Shown here one piece after another: positions 1 through 9,802 of a DNA stretch of 64,000 nt. The notes under the pieces were generated by a model. The model saw nothing but the letters and a program-made list of their open reading frames with translations. It had not been told where the DNA came from and made no database searches. The stretch is taken from the NCBI GenBank assembly GCA_965219685.1, contig CBDCOH010000002.1, positions 3,488,001 to 3,552,000 of the forward strand. The letters are read 5' to 3'. Numbering within the stretch: position 1 is the stretch's first letter; the number at the start of each line of letters is the position of its first letter. The translations under genes were made by a program, and so were the position numbers. This DNA is from Candidatus Spongiisociaceae bacterium. GTDB taxonomy: Bacteria > Actinomycetota > Acidimicrobiia > Spongiisociales > Spongiisociaceae.

Positions 1-791
1 AGGGCCTGGCTGTAGGCCTCCTGGGCTATGCCGACGCCCCGCGCGGCGATGTTGATGCGCCCGATCTCGAGGCCGCTCAGCACCTGCTGCAGGCCGCGGC
101 CCTCCACGCCACCCAACAGGTTCGCCGAGGGAACCCTCACGTCGTCGAGCCGCACCTCGCAACTCTCGGTCCCCTTGTATCCGAGCTTGGGAAGATCGCG
201 CGACACCTCGAAGCCCGGCGTGCCGCCGTCGACGAGGAGCACGCTCATGCCCCGATGGGCCGGCACGGCTCCGGGATCGGTCTTCACGAGCACCGGTAGC
301 GGGTCGGCGAAGCGGGCGTTGGTGATCCACATCTTGGTACCGCTGATGATGTAGTCGTCACCGTCGCGGACCGCCCGGGTCTTGATCCCCTGCAGGTCGG
401 TTCCGGCATCGGGCTCGGTGAGGGCGAGCCCCGTACGCCTTTCCCCGGTCGCGAGGTCCGGCAGGTACGTCGCCCGTTGTTGCTCGGTCCCGTGCTTGGC
501 GATCATGAAGCACGAAAGGCTGTGGCTTCCCAGGATCCCGGCTATCCCCATCCACCCGCGGCTGATCTCCTCGAACACGATGGCCAGGGTGATCAGGTCG
601 GCGCCCAGGCCGCCGTACTCCTCGGGAACGGTGAGCCCGAACAGGCCCAGTTGCTTCATAGTCGCGACTATCTCGGTGGGGTAGCGGCCGCTGTGCTCCC
701 ACTCGATGGCAACGGGCCGTATCTCGCGGTTGACGAAGTCGCGAACGGTGGAGCGAAACAGCGCGTGCTCCTCGCTCAGGCTGAAGTCCAT
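1..791 (-). CDS. Acyl-CoA dehydrogenase (3' end runs off the window)
   Basis: Manual translation from ATG at 791: MDFSLSEEHALFRSTVRDFV...PEEYGGLG...LALTEPDAGTDL...ISGTKMWITN...KLGYKG, typical ACAD motifs. Not in the ORF track because the stop is outside the window. Confidence 0.92.
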   Translation of the reverse strand, partial: MDFSLSEEHALFRSTVRDFVNREIRPVAIEWEHSGRYPTEIVATMKQLGLFGLTVPEEYGGLGADLITLAIVFEEISRGWMGIAGILGSHSLSCFMIAKHGTEQQRATYLPDLATGERRTGLALTEPDAGTDLQGIKTRAVRDGDDYIISGTKMWITNARFADPLPVLVKTDPGAVPAHRGMSVLLVDGGTPGFEVSRDLPKLGYKGTESCEVRLDDVRVPSANLLGGVEGRGLQQVLSGLEIGRINIAARGVGIAQEAYSQA

Positions 792-1180
792 CAGTTCACC
801 TCCGGGTCGGTTTCGAAAACGGGAAGGTTCCGGCCATCGGCCAGCGGTGTCCACGCCAGCCGGACCGGCGCGTCACAGCGTACGCCGGTTCCGGTCACGG
901 TAGCCAGGATACGGGGTCCCTCGTCGAGGGTAACGATGGCGATCGTGTAGGGCGGCTCGAACGTGGCGGGATCCGGTGACCGGTGGCTGTGAGTGAACGA
1001 GTAGATGGTGCCGAGGCCCGCCGCTTCCACCCATCCCAGGTCTGTCCCTCCGCAGCGCACGCACATCGCTCGCGGGTAGTGCTGCCTGTGCCCGCACGAT
1101 CCGCAGCATTGGACCAGCAGGCGGCGTTCCCGGGTGGCCTCCCACCATTGCCGCGCTTCGGGGGAGACATCGGGCATCAT
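791..1180 (-). CDS. Zn-ribbon/OB-fold protein (DUF35-type), thiolase partner
   Basis: C-terminal part of ORF 791..2119: WWEATRERRLLVQCCGSCG..YPRAMCVRCG...GTIYSFT...PYTIAIVTLDEGPRI; overlaps the thiolase stop. Confidence 0.88.
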   Translation of the reverse strand: MMPDVSPEARQWWEATRERRLLVQCCGSCGHRQHYPRAMCVRCGGTDLGWVEAAGLGTIYSFTHSHRSPDPATFEPPYTIAIVTLDEGPRILATVTGTGVRCDAPVRLAWTPLADGRNLPVFETDPEVN

Positions 1181-2328
1181 CGGTCCACTCCCAGGATCAC
1201 CGTCCCGTGGGTGGAGAGCAGGCCACCGGTGCCGTGGGCCAGGGCCAGTTCCGCGCCCGGCGCCTGCCGGTCGCCCGCATCGCCCCTCAACTGGCGGACC
1301 GCCTCGACCAGCAGCAGCACCCCGTACATGCCGGGATGGCAATAGGACAGGCCACCCCCGTTGGTGTTCATCGGAAAGGTCCCGCCAGGCCGGGTGCGGC
1401 CGTCCGCCACGAATGCCCCTCCCTCGCCGCGCCCGCAGAAGCCGAGGGCTTCGAGGGTGAGGAGGACCGTGATGGTGAAGCTGTCGTACAACTCGACGAC
1501 ATCGACGTCCTGCGGTCCCACACCGGCCTCGGCGAAGGCCCGGGCGCCGGCCTCCACCGCTCCGGTCCGGGTCAGGTCCGGGATCTGTGACATCGATATG
1601 TGGGTCGTGCTCTGGCCGCACCCGAGGACCCTGACCGGCGGCATCGGCATGTCCCGGGCCCGGTCCAGGGAGGTGAGCACCACGGCGCCTCCCCCGTCGA
1701 CCACCAGGCAGCAGTCCAACCTGTGGAGCGGCGTGGAGATCATGGGGGAGGCCATCACGTCGTCCACCGTGATGGAACCGGCCCCGTAGCGGTAGGCCTT
1801 CGGGTTGAGCAGTGCCCACTCGCGGGCGGCAACGGCGATCTCCGCCAGTTGCTCGCCGGTCGTTCCGTACTCGTGGAAGTGCCGCTGGGCTGCCATGGCG
1901 TACAGCGACAGGGGGCTCAGCACCCCGTAAGGCGCCTCGTACTGGGTGCTCGGCGTGTGGGCCTCGGCCACCCCTCCGAGCCGGCGGCTGGCCGCCGAAC
2001 GCTGGTTGGAGCCGTAGGAGATGAGCACCGCTTCGCATCGTCCGGAGCGGATCGCGTCGACAGCCGCCCCCACCATGAACTCGAAGGAGGACCCGCCCTC
2101 CATCGTCGAGGAGACCCATGCCGGTTGCAGCCCCCAGTACTCGGCCATCGCCGTGGCGCTGAAGCGTTCCACCCCGGTGGTGGCGAGCCCGTCCACGTCG
2201 GAGAAGCCCAAGCCGGCTTCGCCCAGGGCGGCCCGCGCCGCCTGGGTCTGGAGTTGGTAGATGGACAGTCCCGTGACGCCGAGATCGGACTCGCCGACGC
2301 CCACCGCCGCAACCTCCCGGTCAGGCAC
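1177..2328 (-). CDS. SCP-x/lipid-transfer-type thiolase family protein
   Basis: LHRLDCCLVVDGGGAVV, ELYDSFT, NTNGGGLSYCHPG motifs. Confidence 0.9.
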   Translation of the reverse strand: MPDREVAAVGVGESDLGVTGLSIYQLQTQAARAALGEAGLGFSDVDGLATTGVERFSATAMAEYWGLQPAWVSSTMEGGSSFEFMVGAAVDAIRSGRCEAVLISYGSNQRSAASRRLGGVAEAHTPSTQYEAPYGVLSPLSLYAMAAQRHFHEYGTTGEQLAEIAVAAREWALLNPKAYRYGAGSITVDDVMASPMISTPLHRLDCCLVVDGGGAVVLTSLDRARDMPMPPVRVLGCGQSTTHISMSQIPDLTRTGAVEAGARAFAEAGVGPQDVDVVELYDSFTITVLLTLEALGFCGRGEGGAFVADGRTRPGGTFPMNTNGGGLSYCHPGMYGVLLLVEAVRQLRGDAGDRQAPGAELALAHGTGGLLSTHGTVILGVDR

Positions 2329-2340
2329 CGTCGCTACCGC

Positions 2341-3534
2341 CTAGGAGGGGAGAGCCATGGCCAGAGGGTCGATCTCGATTAGGAACTCCTTCCTCAGCAG
2401 CGAGTGGCACAGGGCGCCGGTCGACGCCGGCCACGGCTCGGCGAGGAGCCTCCTGCGCACCCCTGCCACCCCCCGGTATCCCCTCAGGCCCTCCGGCGTC
2501 ACGTACTCGATGGTCTTGATCAGGTTGCGGGGCCCCATCCCGGCCGCCTCGAGGACCTTCAGAATGTTGGAGTAGGTGTACTCGGCCTGGGCGGCCACGT
2601 CCCCCGGAAACAGCGCCCGGCCGGTCTCAGGGTCGAGAGCGGCCTGGCCGGACATGAACAGCATGTCGCCGGCCCGCACGGCGGGGGAGTAGGTGAGGCG
2701 CTGGTAGCGGTCCCATCCAGGGTTGACCGCCGCAGCCTCGGCGCGGGAGGCGGTGAAATCGTACGAGATCAGGACCCGGTCGTCGCTCGCCACCCTTTCC
2801 TGGAGTATCCCGGCCGCGCCCGGATACACCGGTCCCAGGAACTCCCGGCGGGGGCGGCCCGTGTACCGGTAACCCTCCAGCGCTTCGGGACGGATCATCT
2901 CCAGGGTCTTCACGACGTTGCTCATGCCGAGCCCACAGGCCCCGAGTACCCGCTCGGCGTTGCGGAAGATCTGGCGGACCTGCGCTTCGGGGTCGCCCTC
3001 ACCTACCAGGTCGCCGGCATCGTCGTAAGGCAGGACGGTGCTCAGATACACGACGTCCCCGGCGGCGCGGGCCGGCGCCCAAGCCTCTCTCCCCCCGGTT
3101 CCCCCACCGCATGCCCGGCCGCCTCCCCGGTCGGCGGTCACTTCGATCTCGATCAGCGCAGCCGGCCTGAGCAGGCGATGGACGACCACTGTGTTCACCG
3201 CCGGTCGGCGCGGACCGAACACCTCCCCCCGGACGGCTTCGGCCGCGGCGTAGTGGTCCACTCCGGCGACGGTGACGTTCTCGACCACCCGTGTCACGTC
3301 CTCGAAGCCCAGGCCTGCGGCCCGCAGGATCGTTCCGATCTTGCGGTAGGCGGTGCGGGTCTGGTCGGCCATGTCCCCGTTGACCACGATCCGGGACCGC
3401 TCCGGGTCGTACTCCGAGGCCGAGTGGCCAGAGAGGGTGGCCCGGTCCGGCCCCAGCGATAGGCCAAGGGAGAAGGAATAGCGCGAGTAGTCGAACCACG
3501 GGAAGCTGTCGGGCCTGATCGCGGCGGGGGTCAT
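2341..3534 (-). CDS. Rid (RidA/YjgF) family protein with three tandem domains
   Basis: Real start MTPAAIR within ORF 2341..4803; three repeats of SG..GD...Q....Y.NI..vL.AAG....V motifs, ending LIEIEV and LIEIDP. Confidence 0.8.
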   Translation of the reverse strand: MTPAAIRPDSFPWFDYSRYSFSLGLSLGPDRATLSGHSASEYDPERSRIVVNGDMADQTRTAYRKIGTILRAAGLGFEDVTRVVENVTVAGVDHYAAAEAVRGEVFGPRRPAVNTVVVHRLLRPAALIEIEVTADRGGGRACGGGTGGREAWAPARAAGDVVYLSTVLPYDDAGDLVGEGDPEAQVRQIFRNAERVLGACGLGMSNVVKTLEMIRPEALEGYRYTGRPRREFLGPVYPGAAGILQERVASDDRVLISYDFTASRAEAAAVNPGWDRYQRLTYSPAVRAGDMLFMSGQAALDPETGRALFPGDVAAQAEYTYSNILKVLEAAGMGPRNLIKTIEYVTPEGLRGYRGVAGVRRRLLAEPWPASTGALCHSLLRKEFLIEIDPLAMALPS

Positions 3535-4892
3535 GGACGGCTGGTCATGGACATGAGTTCCCCCACCGGCAGCGCGGCGTCCTCGATCACCAGCTTGGCG
3601 ATGCCCTCGGGGTTCTCGACCGAGCCCGCCACGTTCGACAGGAACTTGTCGAGCAGGGCGCCCTCGTCGACGGGTTGGCCGGGGGTGGCTGAACCCGTGG
3701 TCACGGTCCGGGAGATGGTTGTCCCGTCGTCGAGGGTGATGGTCACGTCTCCGGGCGCCTCCGCAAGCGACCCGTCGAAGGCTCGGCGATGCACGAACAC
3801 CTTGGCGGCCAGGCGGCGCACGTCCTCCCTCCCGAGTTGCTCCTCCGTGAAGTGGTCGACGCTTAGGTACCCGTCGAGGAGCATCGTGGCGACGTTCCAC
3901 TGCACGCTGAACTTGGCTTCGTGGGTCGTGCGGGGCCTGAGCCGGGACTCCCTGGGCTCGGCTACCACCACCAGGGAGTCCCTGGGCAGACCGATGTCGA
4001 TACGGCCGATGCGGCCCGGGTCCAGGTCGTCGGGTAGCAGGCCGAGGGTGTCGAGGGTGGCGTGGGAGTACTGGCAGACGGGATACGGCTTGGTGGTCAT
4101 CTGCGTCGCTTCCCAGGACTCTCCCAACCCGGTGGTGACCCCGCCGGTGTCCACCGTGGTGTCGGCATAGGCGCGGTACACCCCCCACCCGCCTTCGAGG
4201 ATGCTGGAGGGCCCGGTCGCGCCGCGGGCGGCCATGCGGGCGGCCATCACCGCCGAGAGTCCGGCCCAGCCGGGGTGGAGCGGCTTCGTCAAGGATGCGG
4301 TGGAGAGGAACTCGAGCGAGCCGGCAGCCTGGCTTCCGGCTATCCCGAGAGCGTTGACGGTCGCGCCCTCGTCGAGCCGGAGAAGGCGGGATGCGGCGAG
4401 GGTCGCTCCGAAGATGCCGACCACGCTGGTGGCGTGGAACCCCCGGTTGTGGAACTTCCGGGTGGCGGCCGCTCCGACCCGCACGGCCATCTCGACGCCG
4501 ACCACGTAGGCGTCGACCGCGGTGTCCAGAGTCGCGTCGACCACCTCGGAGACCGCCAGCACCGACGGGAGCACCGCGGCCGAGCCGTGGAGTATCGCCG
4601 CGGCGTGGGTGTCGTCGAAGTCGAGGGCATGGATGAGGGTGCCGTTGGCGAGCGCGGCCATCGGCGCCGGATGGAGGGTGCCATCTCCGAGGATGCTCGC
4701 CTCGGCGGGCGCCGTGTAGCTCATCGCCTCGGCAACGGCGAAGTTGACGGCCCCCAGCCGGGCCGCTGCCAGCCCGGTTCCCAAGGCGTCGAGCACATGC
4801 CACCTGGCGGCCCTCCTCACGTCGTCGGGGACGGCATGCAGCCGGGCGCTCCAGTCGGCGAATCGTTCGGTCAGGGTGGCTGGATCGGGCAT
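3531..4892 (-). CDS. MmgE/PrpD family protein
   Basis: AALANGTLIHALDFDDTH, RGFHATS, KPLHPG, KPYPVC, EAKFS motifs. Confidence 0.92.
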   Translation of the reverse strand: MPDPATLTERFADWSARLHAVPDDVRRAARWHVLDALGTGLAAARLGAVNFAVAEAMSYTAPAEASILGDGTLHPAPMAALANGTLIHALDFDDTHAAAILHGSAAVLPSVLAVSEVVDATLDTAVDAYVVGVEMAVRVGAAATRKFHNRGFHATSVVGIFGATLAASRLLRLDEGATVNALGIAGSQAAGSLEFLSTASLTKPLHPGWAGLSAVMAARMAARGATGPSSILEGGWGVYRAYADTTVDTGGVTTGLGESWEATQMTTKPYPVCQYSHATLDTLGLLPDDLDPGRIGRIDIGLPRDSLVVVAEPRESRLRPRTTHEAKFSVQWNVATMLLDGYLSVDHFTEEQLGREDVRRLAAKVFVHRRAFDGSLAEAPGDVTITLDDGTTISRTVTTGSATPGQPVDEGALLDKFLSNVAGSVENPEGIAKLVIEDAALPVGELMSMTSRP

Positions 4893-4897
4893 GGCGG

Positions 4898-6097
4898 CTA
4901 ACCGAGGGCGCCGCTGTCGCCGAGAGAGCGGATAGTGTCGCCGTCGTAGCCGAGCAGTCCTCCCAGTATCTCGTCCGCGTGCTCGTTGCGGCGGGGCGCT
5001 CTGGCGTAGGAGATGTCGTCCGGGTCGCCTACCCGGACCGGGCTGGCCACCGAGCCCACCGGCCCCAACACTTCGTTCGGCGTCTCCATCAGCAGCTTGC
5101 GGGCGGCGGTATGGGGATGGTTCAACGCCGCGGGCACGTCCTGGACAGGTCCGGTGGGGACACCTACCTCCTTCAGGCGGGCGATCCAGTACTCGGCGGG
5201 TTGGCGGGCGAACAACTCGTCGAGGATGGCGATGAGGGCGTCGCGATGCTCACCCCGGTCGGCGAAGGTCGCGTAGTCCGGATGATCGGCCAGTTCGGGG
5301 CGGCCCACCGTCTCCGCAACCCGGTCGAAGAACTTTTCCTTGGCGCAGCCGACCAGGAACCACTGCCCGTCGCTCCCCTGGAACAGCTGGAAGGGGACCA
5401 GAGACGGATGGGCAGACCGGGTGGTGCGGGAGGGAAGCCAACCCCGGCTGAGATGCCACGTCGCCGGGTAGGTGAGAAGCGACACGGCCACGTCGTACAG
5501 GCTGATATCGCAGTCCATCCCCTTGCCGTCGCGCCGGGCGGCGTGCACGCCGGTCAGGAGCGCGATCGCTGCGACGAACCCTCCCGAGTAGTCCACGAGG
5601 GAGATGCCGGTCTTGGTCGGCGGTCCGTCGGGTTCCCCGGTCAGGCTCATCCAGCCGGCCAGCCCCTGCAGGATGTAGTCGTAGCCGGGCTCGGCCGATA
5701 GCGGCCCGGTCATGCCGAATCCGCTCACCGACACGCAGACGATGCGCGGGTTGATCCCGCACAGATCGTCATAGCGGATCCGGAGCTTGGCCGGTACGTC
5801 CCCCCGCAGGTTCGACAGGACCGCGTCGCTCTTGGCCACCAGGTCCTCGAACACGCGGCGGCCCTCCGGGGTGGACAGGTTGAGGGAGAGGCTCTTCTTG
5901 TTCCGGTTGAAGGTCTCGAAGAACAGGCTGTCCTCGCCCTCCTGGAAGGGAGGGATGTAGCGGCCGACGTCGCCGCCGAACCGCGGGTCCTCGATCTTGA
6001 TGATCTCCGCACCCAGATCGGCGAGGTGGAGCGTGCTGAACGGACCCGCGCCGTACTGCTCGACGGCGACGACCCGTATGTCCTCCAGCGGTCTCAT
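4898..6097 (-). CDS. Class III CoA-transferase (CaiB/BaiF family)
   Basis: AGPFSTLHLADLGAEIIKIEDP, NRNKKS, GYDYILQ motifs. Confidence 0.95.
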   Translation of the reverse strand: MRPLEDIRVVAVEQYGAGPFSTLHLADLGAEIIKIEDPRFGGDVGRYIPPFQEGEDSLFFETFNRNKKSLSLNLSTPEGRRVFEDLVAKSDAVLSNLRGDVPAKLRIRYDDLCGINPRIVCVSVSGFGMTGPLSAEPGYDYILQGLAGWMSLTGEPDGPPTKTGISLVDYSGGFVAAIALLTGVHAARRDGKGMDCDISLYDVAVSLLTYPATWHLSRGWLPSRTTRSAHPSLVPFQLFQGSDGQWFLVGCAKEKFFDRVAETVGRPELADHPDYATFADRGEHRDALIAILDELFARQPAEYWIARLKEVGVPTGPVQDVPAALNHPHTAARKLLMETPNEVLGPVGSVASPVRVGDPDDISYARAPRRNEHADEILGGLLGYDGDTIRSLGDSGALG

Positions 6098-6245
6098 ACT
6101 GCGTGGATCCTAGTTTGGTTGCCGGCGGCTGGTGGCTGCTCCCGGACACCGCGGGCGGGGCCGGTCCAGGCCCGGGGACTCGATGTGGGCGGGAGCTTAC
6201 GGAACATATGGGGCCACCGGCGGCCGCACCTTCAGGGAACCATGT

Positions 6246-7826
6246 TCAGCGGCGCAGCACCCGTCCGCTTCTCGAACCGGTCTCCAGACCGTCGACCACG
6301 GTGGGTCCCCCGTTCACCAGCACGTGGCGGACGCCGGTCGCCGGACGGTTGGGTGCGTCCAGGGTCCCCCGATCCGAGAATCCATCAGGGTCGAAGACCA
6401 CCACGTCGGCCTGCTTGCCCTCGTCCAGGCGACCCCGGTCGGTGAGGCCGATCCGGTCCGCCGGCTGCGCGGTCAGCTTGTGGACGGCCTCTTCGAGGGT
6501 CAGCTCCCGCCGTTCCCTGACCATGGACCGGAAGAAGGATCCCGCCCATGTGTAGGCGCCGAGGAAGGTGGTCCCGGCCAGAGGGCCATCGGTGCACAGG
6601 GCGGTGGCGTCCGACTCGGTGGTGCACAGGGGGTGGCGGAAGGCGTGGGCGAGCATGTCGTCGTCGTAGGAATGGACGATGAGCAGGGCCCCATGGGGAT
6701 CGTCACCCTCGGCCAGCAGCAGGTCGTACATGGTGTCGAAGGGATCGCCGCTGGAGGGGGTCAGTTCCGCGATGCTGCGGCCGACCTTCCCCGGGGAGCC
6801 CTCGCTGCAGAACAGCGCGACCCGGTCCCATCCGCCCAGCCCGAACGAGGAGATGATGCTCTCGTAGCGCTTCAGGCGTTCCCTGGTGGACCGGTCGCTC
6901 AGGTAGCGCCGCAGCCGACCCGGACCTCCGTCGACCGCCCAAGAGGGTAGAACCGCGCTGAGGTTGGTGATTCCGTGCAGCCTGGTGTGGGCGTCGAACT
7001 CGACGTCCATCCCTCCGTCGTGGGCGGCCTCGACCAGTTCGATGCAACGCTCGAGGGAGTCCGGTGGACCGCCCCGCCGGGGGATGATATGCGACAGTTG
7101 CAGGCGCACTCCCGTCTCGGCGGCCGCCCGCAACCCCTCCTCGACCGCCTCGATCGCCAGCACCTCCCGGTTGCGTTCGTGCGTCGCATAGAGCCCGCCA
7201 CGGCGGGCCGTCACCCGGCACAACTCGACCAGCTCCTCCTCCGACGCTTCACGCTCGGCGGGATACTCGAGCCCGGTGGAGAACCCGAACCCTCCCGCAT
7301 CGAGTCCCTCCTCGAGCAGCCGGCCCATCCGGACGGTCTCGTCTCGGGTTGCCGGCCGAGTCACGTCCTCGACCACTGCCAGCCGCAGGTTCCCGTTCGG
7401 CACCAGGGTCGCCACGTTCAGGGCCGGTCGGGCTTCCTCCAACCGGGCCAGGTAGCCCTCCATCGTCGTCCAGTCGATCGGCAGGACATCCTGGTAGCCG
7501 TAGATGTTGCCGGTGAAGGCCTCGACATTCGGCCCCACCGGCGCGCAGCCGTGGCCGCAGTTGCCCACCAACTCGGTGGTCACCCCCTGGTATATCTGGC
7601 TGTGGGCCCGGGGATCGATCAGCAGCGTGAAGTCCGAATGGCTGTGGATGTCGATGAAGCCGGGCGCCACCACCGACCCGGCGGCGTCGAGCGACTCCCG
7701 GGCGCCCGCTCGGCTCAGGTCGCCGATCGCGCTGATCCGGTCCCCGGCTACTCCGATGTCGGCGTGGAAGGCGTCCGCGCCGGTTCCGTCCACCACGCGG
7801 CCTCCCCGGATAGCCAGGTCGAACAT
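6246..7826 (-). CDS. N-acyl-D-amino-acid deacylase family amidohydrolase
   Basis: PGFIDIHSHSD, QGVTTELVGNCG, GFSTGLEY, ADVVVFDP motifs. Confidence 0.92.
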   Translation of the reverse strand: MFDLAIRGGRVVDGTGADAFHADIGVAGDRISAIGDLSRAGARESLDAAGSVVAPGFIDIHSHSDFTLLIDPRAHSQIYQGVTTELVGNCGHGCAPVGPNVEAFTGNIYGYQDVLPIDWTTMEGYLARLEEARPALNVATLVPNGNLRLAVVEDVTRPATRDETVRMGRLLEEGLDAGGFGFSTGLEYPAEREASEEELVELCRVTARRGGLYATHERNREVLAIEAVEEGLRAAAETGVRLQLSHIIPRRGGPPDSLERCIELVEAAHDGGMDVEFDAHTRLHGITNLSAVLPSWAVDGGPGRLRRYLSDRSTRERLKRYESIISSFGLGGWDRVALFCSEGSPGKVGRSIAELTPSSGDPFDTMYDLLLAEGDDPHGALLIVHSYDDDMLAHAFRHPLCTTESDATALCTDGPLAGTTFLGAYTWAGSFFRSMVRERRELTLEEAVHKLTAQPADRIGLTDRGRLDEGKQADVVVFDPDGFSDRGTLDAPNRPATGVRHVLVNGGPTVVDGLETGSRSGRVLRR

Positions 7827-7994
7827 CGGCGACCTCCCTTGCTCCGTTCACGCCGACGGCTCCACGGTGAACGGTAACCGCTATTGCCCGCTGCCGTCCC
7901 GGCCTAGACTTCGTCGGACACAACACCCGGTCATCCTGGGAGGGGTCCGCAGCGGGCGGCCCGGTTACCGGGACCCGAAGCAAGGACGGACCCG

Positions 7995-8363
7995 ATGAAG
8001 CACCTGCGCATTCCGATGATCATCCTGGCTGCTATCCATGTCGCTTTCACCGTCTTCACCGCGATGGTGGGGGCCTTCGCCGACGGCGGCTCGATCCCCG
8101 AGCGGATCCTCGTGAGCCTTGTCCACCCGGTCGCGGCGATCCTGCTCCTCGTGGCGGTCTCCTCCTCCAAGCCGCTCGCGAGGAAACTGCGGCGGGCAAC
8201 CCTCGCGGTGGTGCTGATAGCGGTCGCGGCGGACATCGTGCTGGCTGTTCTGATCGGCCAGGGTGCGGTGAAGGGTGATTGGAGCCTGCCGCTGGTTTTC
8301 GCAATCGTTCCGGTGTTGGGCCTCGCCTACATGTCGACCACGGCCGGAGAGAGTGGTGAGTAG
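7995..8363 (+). CDS. Small hypothetical membrane protein (about 4 TM)
   Basis: 122 aa with four hydrophobic segments; GGAC-type RBS upstream. Confidence 0.7.
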   Translation: MKHLRIPMIILAAIHVAFTVFTAMVGAFADGGSIPERILVSLVHPVAAILLLVAVSSSKPLARKLRRATLAVVLIAVAADIVLAVLIGQGAVKGDWSLPLVFAIVPVLGLAYMSTTAGESGE

Positions 8364-8418
8364 TGAGTGGTGAGTAGTGAGTGGTGAGTGGTGAGTGGTC
8401 GTCCATTCACCACCCACC
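8350..8418 (+). repeat. Heptamer tract (TGAGTRG)x~7 with short inverted counterpart
   Basis: gagtggtgagtagtgagtggtgagtagtgagtggtgagtggtgagtgg followed by ccattcaccacccacc. Confidence 0.9.
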
Positions 8419-8422
8419 AGGG

Positions 8423-8508
8423 TGGGCGAGAGAGGACTCGAACCTCCACGAGCTAAAATGCTCACTGGGTCCTGAACCCAGCGCGTCTACCAATTCCGCC
8501 ACTCGCCC
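8423..8508 (-). tRNA. tRNA-Leu(CAG)
   Basis: GGGCGAGTGGCGGAATTGGTAGACGCG-CTGGG TTCAGGA CCCAG-long variable arm-GGTTCGAGTCC-CTCGCCCA. Confidence 0.97.
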
Positions 8509-8569
8509 GGACCCCGCATAGTACCGGGCGGCGTACCGGCTAGCCACATCACAGGCGTAGGCTGGTGGG

Positions 8570-8761
8570 GTGAGAACGGATGAAGGGACGACACCCGAAG
8601 ACCTCGCGGCCGCGCTGAACTCCGAGCCGGTAGCGCTGGACGCCTTCCGCCGGCTACCGCCCAGCCACCGGCGCGAGTATCTGGACTGGATCGGCGAGGC
8701 CAAGCGGCGGGACACCCGGCGCCGCCGCATCGAGAAGACGATCAGGATGTTGCATGGCTAG
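8570..8761 (+). CDS. YdeI/OmpD-associated family small protein
   Basis: PEDLAAAL...AFRRLPPSHRREYLDWIGEAKRRDTRRRRIEK pattern. Confidence 0.85.
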   Translation: MRTDEGTTPEDLAAALNSEPVALDAFRRLPPSHRREYLDWIGEAKRRDTRRRRIEKTIRMLHG

Positions 8762-8815
8762 CTCCCGAGCGGCCCCGGTCGTTTCGAGGCGCCATGAGCC
8801 ATCGGGTGGACGGGC

Positions 8816-9802
8816 GTGAAGCGTTTCACGCTCCTGGCCCTGGCAGGGCTTCTGATCCTTGCTCTCGCCACGGGCCTCGTCGCCCAAGGGCTGGGGACCA
8901 TCTGGTCCAGGGCCGCGACGATCGCTCACGGTCTCGTGGGCCTGTCCTTCCTGCTGCTGGTTCCCTGGAAGTCGCCGATAGTCGGTTCGAGTCTGCGCCG
9001 CCGGCGGAGAGGGGCCGTCTGGTCCATCGCACTCCTGGTCGCCGTCGTCGTGACCATTGCGTCGGGCCTGCTCCAGATGACCGGCACCGTCCGGTCGATC
9101 GGTCCCCTGACCACCATGCAGGTCCACATAGGGGCCGCGGTGCTTGCGGCGGGCCTGGGAGTCTGGCACTACCGGAGCCGCCCGGTCCGGCCCCGCCCGG
9201 CGGATCTGCAGAGGCGCAACCTGGTCCGGGTGGCCGTCCTCACCGCTGGCGCCGGCGTCTTGCTCGCCGGGTGGGAGACCACGGTCGGCGCTACCGGCTG
9301 GCCGGGCGGCAGGCGCCGGTTCACCGGGTCGCACGAACGGGGGAGCGGCAACCCGGCCGCGATGCCGGTCACCCAGTGGTTCACCGACAAGGTGCCCCGC
9401 CTCGACCGGACCGAGGTGACCGTCGCCGGCCGGGTTTTCGGGGCGGACGACTTCGCCAGGCTGCCCCACGACACGTTGGAGGCCACGCTCGACTGCACGA
9501 GCGGCTGGTACTCCACCCAGGAGTGGCGGGGGGTGCGCCTCGACCGGCTCCTGGGGGATGTCCAAGGGGAGAGCATCGCGGTCCGCTCGGCGACCGGCTA
9601 CATCCGCCGGTTCCCGGCCGACGAGGCCGATCGGCTATGGCTGGCGTTCGAGTTGGGGGGTGCGCCACTCAGTGCCGGGCACGGATTCCCGGCCAGGATC
9701 GTGGCGCCCGGCCGGCGCGGCTTCTGGTGGGTCAAGTGGGTCGACTCGATCGAGGTCTCCGGAGTCCCGGCCTGGTTCCAGGTCCCGTTCCCGCTCACGT
9801 AA
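8816..9802 (+). CDS. Membrane-anchored molybdopterin-dependent oxidoreductase (sulfite oxidase/MsrP-like)
   Basis: N-terminal TM helices; LDCTSGW, WRGVRL, HGFPARIVAPGRRGFWWVKWV motifs. Confidence 0.88.
   Translation: MKRFTLLALAGLLILALATGLVAQGLGTIWSRAATIAHGLVGLSFLLLVPWKSPIVGSSLRRRRRGAVWSIALLVAVVVTIASGLLQMTGTVRSIGPLTTMQVHIGAAVLAAGLGVWHYRSRPVRPRPADLQRRNLVRVAVLTAGAGVLLAGWETTVGATGWPGGRRRFTGSHERGSGNPAAMPVTQWFTDKVPRLDRTEVTVAGRVFGADDFARLPHDTLEATLDCTSGWYSTQEWRGVRLDRLLGDVQGESIAVRSATGYIRRFPADEADRLWLAFELGGAPLSAGHGFPARIVAPGRRGFWWVKWVDSIEVSGVPAWFQVPFPLT

Noticed and set aside
8794-9801. N-terminal half of the 671-aa ORF
   Set aside because: Shadow frame of the molybdo-oxidoreductase; the real gene starts at 9802.
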